From assembly GCF_020745735.1 (NCBI RefSeq), contig NC_083414.1, positions 73,532,968 through 73,596,967 of the forward strand: a stretch of 64,000 nucleotides of DNA, in the 5' to 3' direction. Shown piece by piece: positions 1 through 11,515 of the stretch. Below the pieces are notes generated by a model that made no database searches, was not told where the DNA came from, and saw nothing but the letters and a program-made list of their open reading frames with translations. The translations under genes were made by a program, and so were the position numbers. Positions within the stretch are counted from its first letter, which is position 1; the number at the start of each line of letters is the position of its first letter. The stretch comes from Hemiscyllium ocellatum (taxonomy: Eukaryota).

Positions 1-510
1 AGAGCATAGCTGGAATTCTGAGAGCTTTGGTCCCCTTATCTGAGGAAAGATAAACTGGCACTGGAGTCAGTCCAGAGAAAGTTCCCTGTTATTATCTTGG
101 GAATGGAGGGATTTCCTTATGAGGAGAGGTTGAGTAGTTTGGGCCATTGGAGAAGAATGAGAGGAGACCTTATTGAAATATGCCCCTCAAAAGTCTTGCT
201 TAACAGGGTGGATGTGGAGAGGTAGCTTACGCTTGTAAAATCTTGGATCTGAGGGCATAATCTCAGAATAAGGAGTTGCAAAATTGTAGACAGAAATGAG
301 AATGAATTTTCTTTCTCAGAGGGTAGTGAATCTTTATCGCAGAGAGCTGTCGAGGCTGGGTCATTAAAGTCAGACAGATTTTTATTCAGTGAGGTAATCA
401 TGACTTTGGGGTTGAAATGGGCAAGTGGAGTTGAGGATTATCAGATCAGCATTGATCTCACTGAATGGTAGAACAAACTCAATAGGCCAAATGGCCTATT
501 TTGACTCCTA
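1..510 (+). mobile_element. CR1-type LINE 3' fragment (decayed)
   Basis: Degenerate CR1 ORF2 C-terminus/3'UTR (gagaagaatgagaggagaccttattgaa; tctcagagggtagtgaatct; ggccaaatggcctat). Confidence 0.7.
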
Positions 511-1159
511 TGTGACCGCAATATGATGTAGCACCCAGATAAAGCAAACCACCAGCTGAAGAAAATCCATATTTTTAAAGAATGATTTCAATGGAATCAT
601 AACTTCTCATTTGATTTTGTAGATATAGTCTCTGACTCAAGCCCCTCAGACACAGGAAACAGAGTTCATGTTGACTCTGTCCTACCAGTCTCTTTGCAAT
701 ATCAAACACAATATATGTCACAATCTCCAACAATAACAGACCCAATTTTCAAAATATTTCCTGGTCATTGCATTTCCACATTATATCTCACCAAGCATTG
801 ATTAACAGTCACTCTGGCCCTTTCAGTTCCTTCAGCAGGTTCAGTAAGCCCTCTAAGTTAGCATCTCAATGTAATCAGCAAACACTGATTCCTAACAGCC
901 CTGAGGAACACAGTGACCACATCACTATTCATGAACAGCACCTCCTTATATGAACACAAAGGCATTTGTCAAAGGAGCAGTGTTACTGTTGGTGCAGAGA
1001 TTGGGTGATCTGTTACAAACCCATCAACACAACACCTCAGCTACTCAAAGTGCAGCAAATTTATGATGCTTGCTTTACAAAGGGCTTTAACACTCAGCAA
1101 CTGCTCAGAGTCTCCCAACAGCACAGGGACTTGCACCATGATAAAGAGAAAGCAATTAC

Positions 1160-1732
1160 CCGATCCAGCTCATTTCCCGCATGAGGACTGAAGGCCAATG
1201 GCTCCGCAAACAACGAGGATGTTGGTGCATCGGTGGTCGAAGCAGATCGGGGTCTACTGGAGTGCAACAGGAGATAGCTCATACCTTCCGAGGCCGACTT
1301 GCGGGATATTTGCGGGCTGCCTCGGAGAGGATCCAACTTGCTTCTTCGGCTCTGCAGGCTCGAACCCCGTTTCATCATGGGCGTCACCCGGATCTGCTGC
1401 AGGACCCTGTTGAGCGTGGTAGCCTGGCTGGGGGAGTGGTGGGACACGGTAGACACGACCAGCTCCGTGGCTGGGCTGGAAGTCTCTGGGCTTGGGGACT
1501 CCTGGTCAGCCGGAGCATGGAGGCCATCCTGGGGGGAGACAGAAGATCGGCGCCGCTGGGGTTGAAAGAGCTGCTTTAATCCCTGGCTCAGGGAGCCAAA
1601 ATTCTCCAAAGCATTCTGCGTTATCTTAGACAAGGAATGCTCGGAATCACTGGGCTTCTTGCACTCAGTCTCGGTGGGCCTGGTACCGTTGTCTAGATCA
1701 TTAAGTGAAGGCTCATTGTTAGTTTGCTCCAT
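1160..1732 (-). CDS. TMCC1: Transmembrane and coiled-coil domain family 1, first coding exon (191 codons; rest of gene lies left of the window)
   Basis: Translation LSKITQNALEN..QGLKQLFQPQRRRSSVSPQD..LNRVLQQIRV.PMMKRGSSLQSRR..GSPQISRKS..RPRSASTTDAPTS matches the TMCC1 N-terminus as I recall it. Phase-0 donor CGG|GTAATT at 1160/1159; candidate acceptor (T-tract..tgtcag|) puts the exon start at 1906. Confidence 0.92.
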
Positions 1733-3049
1733 GAAGCTCTGGTTTGATCTCTAATTCTTTTTTTTAAGTGATATGTATTTACTGACAGATATATGGCCCA
1801 GGCCTCTGCAAATAAGTGGTCTCTTGGTGATCTAGCTTCTACATAGCTGTGCAGTCAGGTTTAGGTTTCAGCATGCATACACCTGCCAGTGTCACACCAT
1901 GCTCGTCTGACAGAAAAGGAAAAAAAAAATGCAAACATTACATGTCATGCATATTTCATAAAATTATAAACTGGTGCGAGGTTCAACATTTCTGATCTCT
2001 GTGCACTGCTGTCGTTCAAAGTACAGTACTGTGATAAGTACTCCTGCAGCTTGACAATCCTTGTAGCTGCAGCCTTTTACCTAAGTTCTCATTTATTCAT
2101 CGGATTGACCTTCCAGAATCCATCTCAGATCATGCTGGATGTTTTTACGATATTTATTATCTGGGCTTTGCCCAACATTTACACATTCTGCTTTCTCAGC
2201 ATGGTTTGCTTGTAGATGATCAGTAGGAAGACAAACGGGATCTTTAAATCTCGTGGGGAGAACATATTTATCGATTTACCTTGTGGCAAATGTACGGAAA
2301 GCATTTGTGCTCAGATTATGGTGATCTGCACTCAAAGTGAAACGAGACTCAGGCACTGACAGATCAAAGAGATGAAGTCAATGCTGAAAGATCAGAAATC
2401 TTTTACCTTGCCACTGAGCCCCCAAACTTAGATCTGATGCAATGACTAAAAACAGTTAGAGCAGTGGCAACAGCAGCAATGAAACTAGCAGTCACGTATT
2501 CATAATAAATCTCGCAGCCATTCGAATTCACGTTTACAAGCGGGAAAACAAGTCTCAAAGTCAGCTGCATTTTTAATAGCAAGTTGCATTAACACTAAAA
2601 TAGAACAAAGAATGGCGGGTCTGAAACAAACAGAACTAGAGCTGGGAAAAGCAGCAACAACTTCTGCAGCACACTTCACACAACAGCAAAGGTGATCAGT
2701 ACAGTCTCCCAGAATTTTAGGTAAGAATAGCTCCCATCCAGTTAAACTGCAAGGTAAACTCCACGGACAGAGAATGTTTTGTGCTGTGCAATAGCAGGGT
2801 GATGTATTGCAGAGACAGTGGTGGGAACAAGACGATCACTACATGCTGCTTCTGAGTTGTGGTGTAAATTATCCTGTTCGGTGTGGCACAAGCATGCAGT
2901 GGTCACTGTCCTTGATCCCCGAACTACCTACAATGGTAAGCCAGAGGGTTCCTCAGCTGGAGCACTAGCAAGACCAAAACTCCTTCAACAAATGTCACAC
3001 CTTAACCTGATCTCACCTGCTCACCTCACAGCTCAGTGGTTTTCCAAGA

Positions 3050-3560
3050 AATAGGAGTAGACCATTCAGCCCCTCAAATCTGCTCCATCATTCAGTACCA
3101 TCATAGCTAACCTAGGGCTTCAACCTCATTTTCCTGTCCAATCCCCATATCTTGAGATAGATGATTCCTTGGGACACTGTCTACCTCAGCCTCAAACAAC
3201 AGAGATTCCGCAACCCTTTGCTGGGGCACAGAATTCCAAAGGTTTAGAGCCTTTTGAAAGAATAATTTCTCTTCATCCCAACCCTAAAGGATCAGTCCCA
3301 TGTCCTGAGATTGCATACCCGTCATTGCTGCCAGGGGAAACAACTTCTCATCGTCTACCCTGTCAAACCTCTTCCCACCTCCCCTTCTTCTAAACTCCAC
3401 AGAATATTAACTCAATTTGAGGGGCGGATGAAAGCAAGACTGCGCACACTATTCCAGATGTGGTCACATAAACACTCTGTAAAACAAAGTGAGACTTCTT
3501 TATTTCAATCTCCATGCAAGAAGGTCCAACATACCATTTACCTTCTTCATTGTTTACAAT
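3050..3560 (-). mobile_element. CR1-type LINE 3' fragment
   Basis: Reverse-complement CR1 3' end (ataggagtagaccattcagccc...; ctgcgcacactattccagatgtggtc). Confidence 0.6.
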
Positions 3561-4084
3561 AGCTGAATATGAATGTTGCCTTCCTTGTAAGTTCCTTTGA
3601 ATATTAACTTTTCTCAACTTGTAAAAAACATTCTGGTCTTTTTATTCTTACATATGCCCAAATAGAGTTCTGATTTCCAGAACCGGTTCAATAGCAACAC
3701 CATCAACTTCCACGTGAGGTTATACAGCTTACAAGCTCAGCCTACAGTGGTTCCTCTAGCACTACTTCACACTGGGAATAGAGCCTTTAGCAACCTGGTC
3801 CCCTAATCTGCCTTTTCAACCACCTTTTCCAGCATCCAGGCTGATGTGATCACCACAAATCTGAAGCATTCAGGAACATTCTGCTGCTGGATAGATGCAA
3901 GTTGTGATTAAGCAGAGTCCTGATACAGTACGAGTTCTTACTGTGGCCATGACAGACTGACAGCAGCTGAAGGTGTCGCACCTGAGTAACATTGACAAGG
4001 CCAGTGGAAGCATAAGATGAAGCCCAAACTCAGACTTGCCTGACACTCACAGAGTCACTACATTAGGTCTGAGAAGTCAAAGGT

Positions 4085-4570
4085 GGGGTGGGGGGGTCAG
4101 CAGTGACTGATCAAGGTGGGGGTTAAGTGATTTGGTCAGGGAGTGCTTATGAGGGAGGGGTCAAAGGTCACTCGATAAGTTAGGGTGGGCATTAGCAGTA
4201 AAGATGTCAAGGGAATCAGCAGTGACTGGATAAGGACTAGGGGAGGAGATCAATGGCCATGTTTGTGAGGAGTCACTGGAAGATCAGAGTTGCCAATCAA
4301 GGTGGTGCCATTGGTCACTGGGTAAGGGCGATGAGAAGCCATCAATCAATGTGAAGGAAGAGGTCAGGGATCATAGGTCAAGGGGGGTCAGAGGTCACCA
4401 ATCGGGGTCACGGGCAGGTTAGAGGTCACCATCAGTGGGTCATGGGGAGATCATCACTGGTCAAAGTGGAAGGAAGGGTCAACAGTCAGTGACCAAGGGA
4501 AGGTCATAGGTCATGGATCAAGGAGGTCAGATGTCACTGATCAATAGGGGTCATCTTTCAATGGTCAAGA
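4085..4570 (+). repeat. Degenerate G-rich repeat with 15 RGGTCA hexamers
   Basis: RGGTCA counted at 4094,4158,4165,4361,4375,4385,4392,4405,4423,4437,4476,4501,4508,4524,4548. Confidence 0.7.
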
Positions 4571-4679
4571 GCAGGTCCGATGTTACTGGCCAAAGGGCTC
4601 GGTGCCATTGTCCGAAGCTGGATGACTCTGTGAGGGAGCAGTCAAGCCCGAGGGGGTGTGTGAAGCTGAGCTGCTACCT

Positions 4680-4985
4680 ACCGCAGCCCGGGCAGGGTAG
4701 CGCCGGGAGAGAGCACGGGGAATGAGCTTGGCATAGCCCGGGAGTGCGGGCCGCACGCAGCTGGAGCAGTGAAGCGCGGTCTCCGGGAGACACTCGCTCA
4801 GGCACCGGGGCCCGGCACCGGGGGACGGGAGCGTCAACACCGCGGCATGGCGTCAACACGCACCGCCGCCAGCCAATCACCGCCCGCTACTGAGGTGCGT
4901 CATCTGCGTCCTACCGTCATCAGCGGGGGCGGGGCTCAGGGCTCGTCACCGGGGCGACCGGGGGGAGGGGTAAGAGTATGAAGGT
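4680..4985. promoter_or_regulatory. CpG-island bidirectional promoter (TMCC1 / ABHD14A)
   Basis: CpG-dense; CCAAT box agccaatca 4871-4879; CRE-like tgcgtca 4896-4902; GC box gggggcggggc 4925-4935; outward-facing donors at 4681 (-) and 4970 or 4984 (+). Confidence 0.7.
4682..4800 (-). other. TMCC1: Probable non-coding first exon of TMCC1 (5' limit approximate)
   Basis: Minus-strand donor GCG|GTAGGT at 4682/4681 at the edge of the CpG island. Confidence 0.5.
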
Positions 4986-5009
4986 AACAGTAGAGTGAGT
5001 GTGCACTCA

Positions 5010-5310
5010 CTCTCACACACAGACAGACAGACAGAGTGAGGGAGGTGTTTGTGTACAGTCAGTGTGATGATAGATGGGTATAGAGAGGGTGAGTGAGAAA
5101 TGGAGAGGGAGTGTGGAGGAGGAACAGAGAAATAGATAGGAATAGACAGAGAGAGAGAGAGAGATGGAGGGGAGTGTGGGAGAGAGGGAGGTGAATAGAT
5201 GGAGGGAGAGGGAGGGGGAGTGTGTGAGAGGGACGTGGATGGAGAGGGGAATGTGAGAGAGACGTAGATGGGGGGGAGGGTGTGTTTGAGAGAGACATAG
5301 ATGGAGAAAG
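5010..5310. repeat. GA-rich low-complexity sequence
   Basis: (GA)n / GGAG-rich tract. Confidence 0.8.
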
Positions 5311-5311
5311 G

Positions 5312-6007
5312 TGGGAGTGAGATGTAGATGGGGGGGCGGAGTGCGGGAGTGAGATGTAGATGGGGAGGGCGGAGTGCGGGAGTGAGATGTAGATGGGGGG
5401 GCGGAGTGCGGGAGTGAGATGTAGATGGGGGGGGCGGAGTGCGGGAGTGAGATGTAGATGGGGGGGCGGAGTGCGGGAGTGAGATGTAGATGGGGGGGCG
5501 GAGTGCGGGAGTGAGATGTAGATGGGGGGGCGGAGTGCGGGAGTGAGATGTAGATGGGGGGGCGGAGTGCGGGAGTGAGATGTAGATGGGGGGGCGGAGT
5601 GCGGGAGTGAGATGTAGATGGGGGGGCGGAGTGCGGGAGTGAGATGTAGATGGGGGGGCGGAGTGCGGGAGTGAGATGTAGATGGGGGGGCGGAGTGCGG
5701 GTGTGAGATGTAGATGGGGGGGCGGAGTGCGGGAGTGAGATGTAGATGGGGGGGCGGAGTGCGGGAGTGAGATGTAGATGGGGGGGCGGAGTGCGGGAGT
5801 GAGATGTAGATGGTGGGGGCGGAGTGCGGGAGTGAGATGTAGATGGTGGGGGCGGAGTGCGGGAGTGAGATGTAGATGGGGGGGCGGAGTGCGGGAGTGA
5901 GATGTAGATGGTGGGGGCGGAGTGCGGGAGTGAGATGTAGATGGGGGGGCGGAGTGTGGGAGTGAGATGTAGATGGGGGGCGGAGTGCGGGAGTGAGATG
6001 TAGATGG
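5312..6007 (+). repeat. Minisatellite, ~32-bp unit GGGAGTGAGATGTAGATGGGGGGGCGGAGTGC, ~21 copies
   Basis: Near-identical tandem units, variable G-run length. Confidence 0.95.
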
Positions 6008-6129
6008 AGCAGAACCGATTGGGGGAGAGAGAGAGAGAATGTGTGAGTAAGAGAGGAATACACGTGAACAGGGAGAAAATGTGACAGGGGAATTGATGGA
6101 AGTAGAGGGAATGCGTGGGCGGGGGCGTG

Positions 6130-6640
6130 TAGGGACTGGGCTCGAGTGTGGGTGGGGGGGTAGGGACTGGGCTCGAGTGTGGGTGGGGGGGGTAGAGACT
6201 GGGCTTGAGAGAAGGCAGAGGGTGGAGGGACTGGGCTCAAGTGAGGGCAGAGGGTGGAGGGCCTGGGCTCGAGTGAGGGCGGGGGAGCGGAGGGCCTGGG
6301 CTCGACTGAGGGTGGGGGCTGGAGGGCCTGGGCTCGAGTTAGGGCGGGGGGGCTGGAGGGCCTGGGCCCGAGTGAGGGCGGGGGGGCTGGAGGGCCTGGG
6401 CCCGAGTGAGGGCGGGGGGGCTGGAGGGCCTGGGCTCGAGTGAGGGCGGGGGGGCTGGAGGGCCTGGGCCCGAGTGAGGGCGGGGGGGCTGGAGGGCCTG
6501 GGCCCGAGTGAGGGCGGGGGGGCTGGAGGGCCTGGGCCCGAGTGAGGGCGGGGGAGCGGAGGGCCTGGGCTCGAGTGAGGGCGGGGGGCTGGAGGGTCTG
6601 GGCTCAAGTGAGGGCAGAGGGCGGAGGGACTGGGCGCGAG
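6130..6640 (+). repeat. Minisatellite, ~34-bp unit GGAGGGCCTGGGCYCGAGTGAGGGCGGGGGGGCT, ~14 copies
   Basis: Tandem units, degenerate at both ends. Confidence 0.9.
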
Positions 6641-7453
6641 AGAGACTGTAAGGTTACAATGAATATTAGTCTCCTTAAAAATGCAGCAAGGGAAATGTAA
6701 GCAATGGACCATGTGAAGAAGGGAAGAGTGATAATTAGAAACAAAACTTTGTTTTGTAAGGACTTAATTGGCTGAAGTCTTGATTAACAAGGGAGTCCGA
6801 CATTGCGAAGGGTAGATAGTAAACTGGAGCGCCACTATCAGATCGATTGGTGGAGCAGGTTCAAGGAACTGAATGGGTTGTTCCTGGTCCCTCACGGATA
6901 TGTATGTATTCCATGACCTATCCTTCATAATTCTCGGTTGGCTCTCAAACGTTTCTAATTGCACAGTCACTGTCATTCATTATAAATTACATCAGATTAA
7001 CAGGTCAACAATATCCTGGTTTCTATCTTTCATCTTTATTAACTGATACAACTACATGTTTCCAATACAAAGGGACTATTCTTAAATCAAAAGAGGGTTA
7101 AAACATCTCCAATTTCCTCACCTCTTCCTTTAAGACCCTTGGTGCAAACCATGTGTTCCTGGAGGTTTATCATGTTGCTTTAACATTAATAATTTCCAGT
7201 TCTTGATAACAGAGAGTGCTGTACCACAATCGCATGTGAGATGACAGGTCCTTTCTACAGAGCACGCTGAGATACTATAGTCCAAATGTTGAGTAAAGCC
7301 GGGGCTATAATCTGATAGAGTGAAGGGCGAAAGGATGAAATATAGTTAATTTACAGAAAATGCTTTATTGATGGCAGCATTTCGAATCTCTGTCTCATTG
7401 GGTTATTTGATGTTTCTTTGTCATTAACAGATTTTCCTGTGTTGAGGAGAAAT

Positions 7454-7716
7454 ATGCACTCTTGCACCTTCAATCGATCGAGACTGCTGGCCTTCCTGCT
7501 CGTAGTTGGTGTCACACTTGTCATCTATTACTTGCTTCCCAACACCCTGCCGGACAGCACTAAGTCAGTGGGGCCACTTCGGGCATACGATATGACCACC
7601 ACTAACAAGCTCATCGTCACTGTCAATGTCACTGTGGAAAAATCTTCAAATCAAATCCAGGTTTTCTACCGGGAAACTCTACCTCTGCAGGAAAGCAGAG
7701 AAAGCCAGCAGCCAAG
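7454..7716 (+). CDS. ABHD14A: ABHD14A coding exon 1 (exon starts 7431; N-terminal membrane anchor)
   Basis: Acceptor ttaacag|7431; ATG 7454; hydrophobic LLAFLLVVGVTLVIYYLLP; VFYRE motif; donor AG|gtaaat, phase 2. Confidence 0.85.
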
Positions 7717-8336
7717 GTAAATTAGATCAAGAAAATGAGTGCACCACATGATACTACTTATGAAGGAACTGGGGATTGTAAGACCAGGGCCAGACTGTTC
7801 AGGAGAGATAAAAGGGAACCCTTCTCCACACAAAGGCTGGTAGGGGTTTTTCCACAAATGGCAGCGGATGTCGGATCAGTTGTTCATTTTAATTCTGAGA
7901 TAGATACGTCTTTGTTAAGCAAAGATATTCAGGAATATGGGCCAAAGGTGGATATATGGAGTTCGGCCACATCAGCCATGATCTCATTGAACAGTGGCTC
8001 AGGCTCAAGGGGCTGAATGGCCTCCTTCTGTTCCTATGTTCCTGCTCCGTTGCACTCATTGACAGCACACTTACCTTAGTTTGTAGAAACAAGGCTGTTT
8101 GCATCTTGGCTTTGTATGTGACTAAAGGTTCTCTCTTACTAAACTTCCTACTTTTGATTTAGAGCTCATCGACCTCATCCTCAAGCTTTGATTCTATCTT
8201 TGATTTTTAGGTCTTATCCCATATCTCCTTGAGATTTCTCTGTTCTATTCTTTACTAAGAGGTTACAGGCTCTTCTGCCGTGATCTTTGAGGGGATGAAT
8301 GGCCCCATCTTGCTCTTAACTTGCCCTCATTACTTT

Positions 8337-8830
8337 TAACGTTTTTGGGACGTGGGTGCCATTGGCTGGGCCAGCATTTTATTGCCCATCACTAGTTGCC
8401 CTTGAGGAGGTGCTTTCTTTCGCTGCAGCCTATTGGGTGAGGATACACCCACATTAGGGAGGAAATTCCAGGTCTTTGTCCCAGTGACGGTGAAGAAATA
8501 GAGAGATAATTCGAAGTCAGGATGGTGAGTGGCTTGGAAAGGTACTTGCAGGTTTGGTTCCTAGAGTCAGAACAATTTAGGGATTGTTTTTGTTTTATTA
8601 TTCTTGTGTGTGATGTGCGTGTTGTTGTTGTTAAGGCTGGCACTTATTACCCATTCCAAATTGCCCTTGACCTGATTGACTTTAGGTCATTTCAGAGAGC
8701 AGTTGGGAGTCGTCTGTTTTGCTGTGGGTCTGGAGTCATGTGCCGGCCAGACCAGACAAGGACGGCAGATTTCTTTTCCTAAAGGACATTGGTGAATCAG
8801 AAGGGTTTTTCTCTTCAGTCAACCTTAGAC
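8337..8830 (-). mobile_element. SINE/L2-tail element (SacSINE1/DeuSINE-like)
   Basis: ggctgggccagcatttttattgcccatc tail and gtgggtctggagtcatgt..ccagacc..ggacggcagattt core; related to 15870-16170 and 45500-45790. Confidence 0.6.
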
Positions 8831-9274
8831 TTGCTTTCAGACAACAGGACCTTGAAGCTAACCCACAGTACGGCATTAAACGCTGAGAAATTTGTACCTT
8901 TTCCTCCTCCACAGCTGAAGCTGACAAGAGGTGAAATCTTTGTGGATGTACCATCCTGGGGGGTGCTACGAAATTCAGGAAGAAATTCTAACATGATTTG
9001 CACCGCACCGGCGTGCGCTGGGATGTGTGTGTTTGTTGTCTGAGGCTACATTTCCAAGTATAGACCCTCTTTCTAATCTCTGGCCACAACGTTTTCTCTA
9101 AACGTTGTTTAATTCCTAGACCAATGGCCAATGCAGCTGTCAGTACCTCCGGCTGCCTTGCAGGACCCTCTCTGTGTGGTATGTGGTGTCTTCACAACCA
9201 CTCCTTACCTTGGTGTCTCAACAGCACAGCTAAAATTTCACAGAAAAATAATCTTTCTCTCTCCACCACATCTT

Positions 9275-9390
9275 TGTTAGGTAAAGGGGTAAATGTAGGG
9301 GTATGGGTGGGTTGCGCTTCGGCGGGTCGGTGTGGACTTGTTGGGCCGAAGGGCCTGTTTCCACACTGTAAGTCTAATCTAATCTAATCT
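9275..9390 (+). mobile_element. HE1-type V-SINE 3' fragment
   Basis: Nearly identical to the tail of 57623-57937; ends in (aatct)n. Confidence 0.85.
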
Positions 9391-10148
9391 CTGGCTAAAC
9401 ATCCTGAAACAGGGTGATGATTGTAATCAGTGGGAGAATTCGACTTTCACTGTCATAACTGAAACATTGTAAATTCTGCTGTGGAAGGAAGCTATTTGTT
9501 ATTCTGTTGACATTTCATAACTCTGGTGCATAATCTGTTCCAAAATTGGTGTTTGCGCAGTTGACTTTAGGTTCCTTGCTACTGTTTCCAGGAAGCAGAA
9601 GTAAAGAAAGGGAGAGGAGTCCTATCCTGTCCAGCTATTGCTTCTGCATAGCCACCAGGTTCAGCAGACAGCAGATTGCCCCCCTGTTTGCTGGTGCCTT
9701 GTGTGAAAACCTAGGCTTTTGGATTACGGCTCCTCAGACAGGCCAAGGAAACTGTGCCCATGATTGTGAATCCCATGTACAAACCTGCCACAACCACACC
9801 CCAACCCCCAACCCCCCCACCTTCATCTGTGCTGGCCACCTCTCGCTCTCTCCACAGTATATATTTCAGCTGCTAACCTTCATTCTCCTCCTGCTCCACA
9901 GTTAAACTGAGAACAGTCACAGTCATCGTGAAGTTCTGTAATTGATCAACCTCAATAGGTTCAGACAACAAGACATAAACACTCGTAACATTTAATAGAT
10001 CCCTCCTTCCAGCCACCTCATCCAGTTCAGAGCTCCTGGTTGAACAGTAGCTCTTCCAAGTGACTTAAACTTTGAACAGTTGAGCACCATATCCTTTCTC
10101 CTCTGATGTTATATTTCAGTGGTGCCCGCTATCATTTCTGTTACTTAG

Positions 10149-10264
10149 CTTGGAGGTACTGCTGCTACACGGACAGGCCTTCGACTCAAAGACCTGGGAG
10201 GGGCTAGGAACACTGAGTCTGCTTGCTGAGAAAGGATACAGAGCTGTGGCAATGGACCTACCCG
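10149..10264 (+). CDS. ABHD14A: ABHD14A coding exon 2 (116 nt)
   Basis: [39 protein letters not shown] alpha/beta-hydrolase motif; acttag| acceptor, G|gtaaga donor. Confidence 0.95.
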
Positions 10265-10329
10265 GTAAGACATTTCAAACATTGTTTTTAAACCTGAATG
10301 TCTGGTTGTTACTGTGTGTGGCCAGTTGC

Positions 10330-11010
10330 GTGGATGAGTGGGAAGTTATCCACCTCACTTGGGAAATCAGAATGGTCGAGTATTATTTAAATGGTGATAG
10401 GTTGAGAAATGTTGATGCGCAAAGGGACCTGGCTATCTTTGTATACTACTCAGTTAGGACGGCAATTGGTGTATCATGATTAAAAACCTCTTTGCAATGC
10501 AGGCAGAGAGGAGCAGAAACGCCTGACTGCAGCTGTATAGGTCCTTGTTGAGATCATCTCTGGAGAATTACTTTGGAAAACACATAGGTAGGCAGGCCAG
10601 CCTGATTCCTGAGGTGGTAGGTCTGTCATATGAGGAACAAGACGGTTGACTGGACCTGTGTTTGTTGAAGCTTAGGAGAAATAAGAGGTGCTCTTGTTGA
10701 AGGTTCTGACGGGGCTGTATACACTGGATGCACATTTCCCCGACCTGGAGATCTGGACGAAGAGGTCATCCTCTCAGGAAATGTGGTCGACTTTTATGGA
10801 CTGAGATAGGGAGAAATTTCTTCACAGGGTAGTCAGCCTGCAGAGTTCTCCTCCACAGCAGGCTTTGGATGCTGAATCAATGAATATATTCAAAATATAA
10901 AGTAGACTCTAGACATGAAAGGCTTCAGGATGAAAGGAGAGAGAGCAGGAACGTGGTGATGGGCTTGATGGGTTGAATGGTCTACTTTTATTTTCTATGT
11001 TTCCATGCTT
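10330..11010 (+). mobile_element. CR1-type LINE 3' fragment (decayed)
   Basis: [18 protein letters not shown] and ctgcagctgtataggtccttg remnants. Confidence 0.7.
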
Positions 11011-11227
11011 CAGTAAGGTATTTTATTGGATTTTATGTGAAACGTTCCTGGCATTCAATGTGCTGATTTCCTGTTTTATATTAGCCACTCCCTCTCCAGG
11101 TTTGCTGACTGAATGTTGAACCTTGCATTGATATCTAACTTCTGCAAACGAAGAACTTTAGTGTGCCTACTCTCTGACATGTGAATCTGTAAAATCTGCC
11201 AAGACTCTGATGAATTGAGCCCATCAC

Positions 11228-11515
11228 TGGCTCAGTGGTTAGCACTGCTGCCTCACAGCACCAGTGTCCCAGGTTTGATCCCAGCCTTGGGTGACTGTCT
11301 GTGTGGAGTTTGCTCATTCTCCCCGTGTCTGCGGGTTTCCTCCCACAGTCCAAAGATGTGCAGGTCAGCTGAATTGGCCGTGCTAAATTGCCCATAGTCT
11401 TAACTGCATTAGTCAGAGGGAAATGGGATTGGGTGGGTTACTCTTTGGAGGGTCGGTATGGACTTGTTGGGCCGAAGGGCCTGTTTCCACACTGTAGGAG
11501 TCTAATGTAATCTAA
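11228..11515 (+). mobile_element. HE1-type V-SINE
   Basis: tRNA-like head tggctcagtggttagc, V-domain ctccccgtgtctgcgggtttcc, tail ggcctgtttccacactgta..taatct. Confidence 0.85.

Noticed and set aside
1181-1579. Plus-strand ORFs overlapping TMCC1
   Set aside because: Antisense shadows of a GC-rich coding exon
2270-2420. Additional TMCC1 5'UTR exons (caag|gtaaa donors on the - strand)
   Set aside because: Plausible donors, but the acceptors and boundaries cannot be supported without transcripts
4946-6712. 588-aa and 393-aa Pro/His-rich ORFs
   Set aside because: Translations of minisatellites that lack stop codons on the C-rich strand
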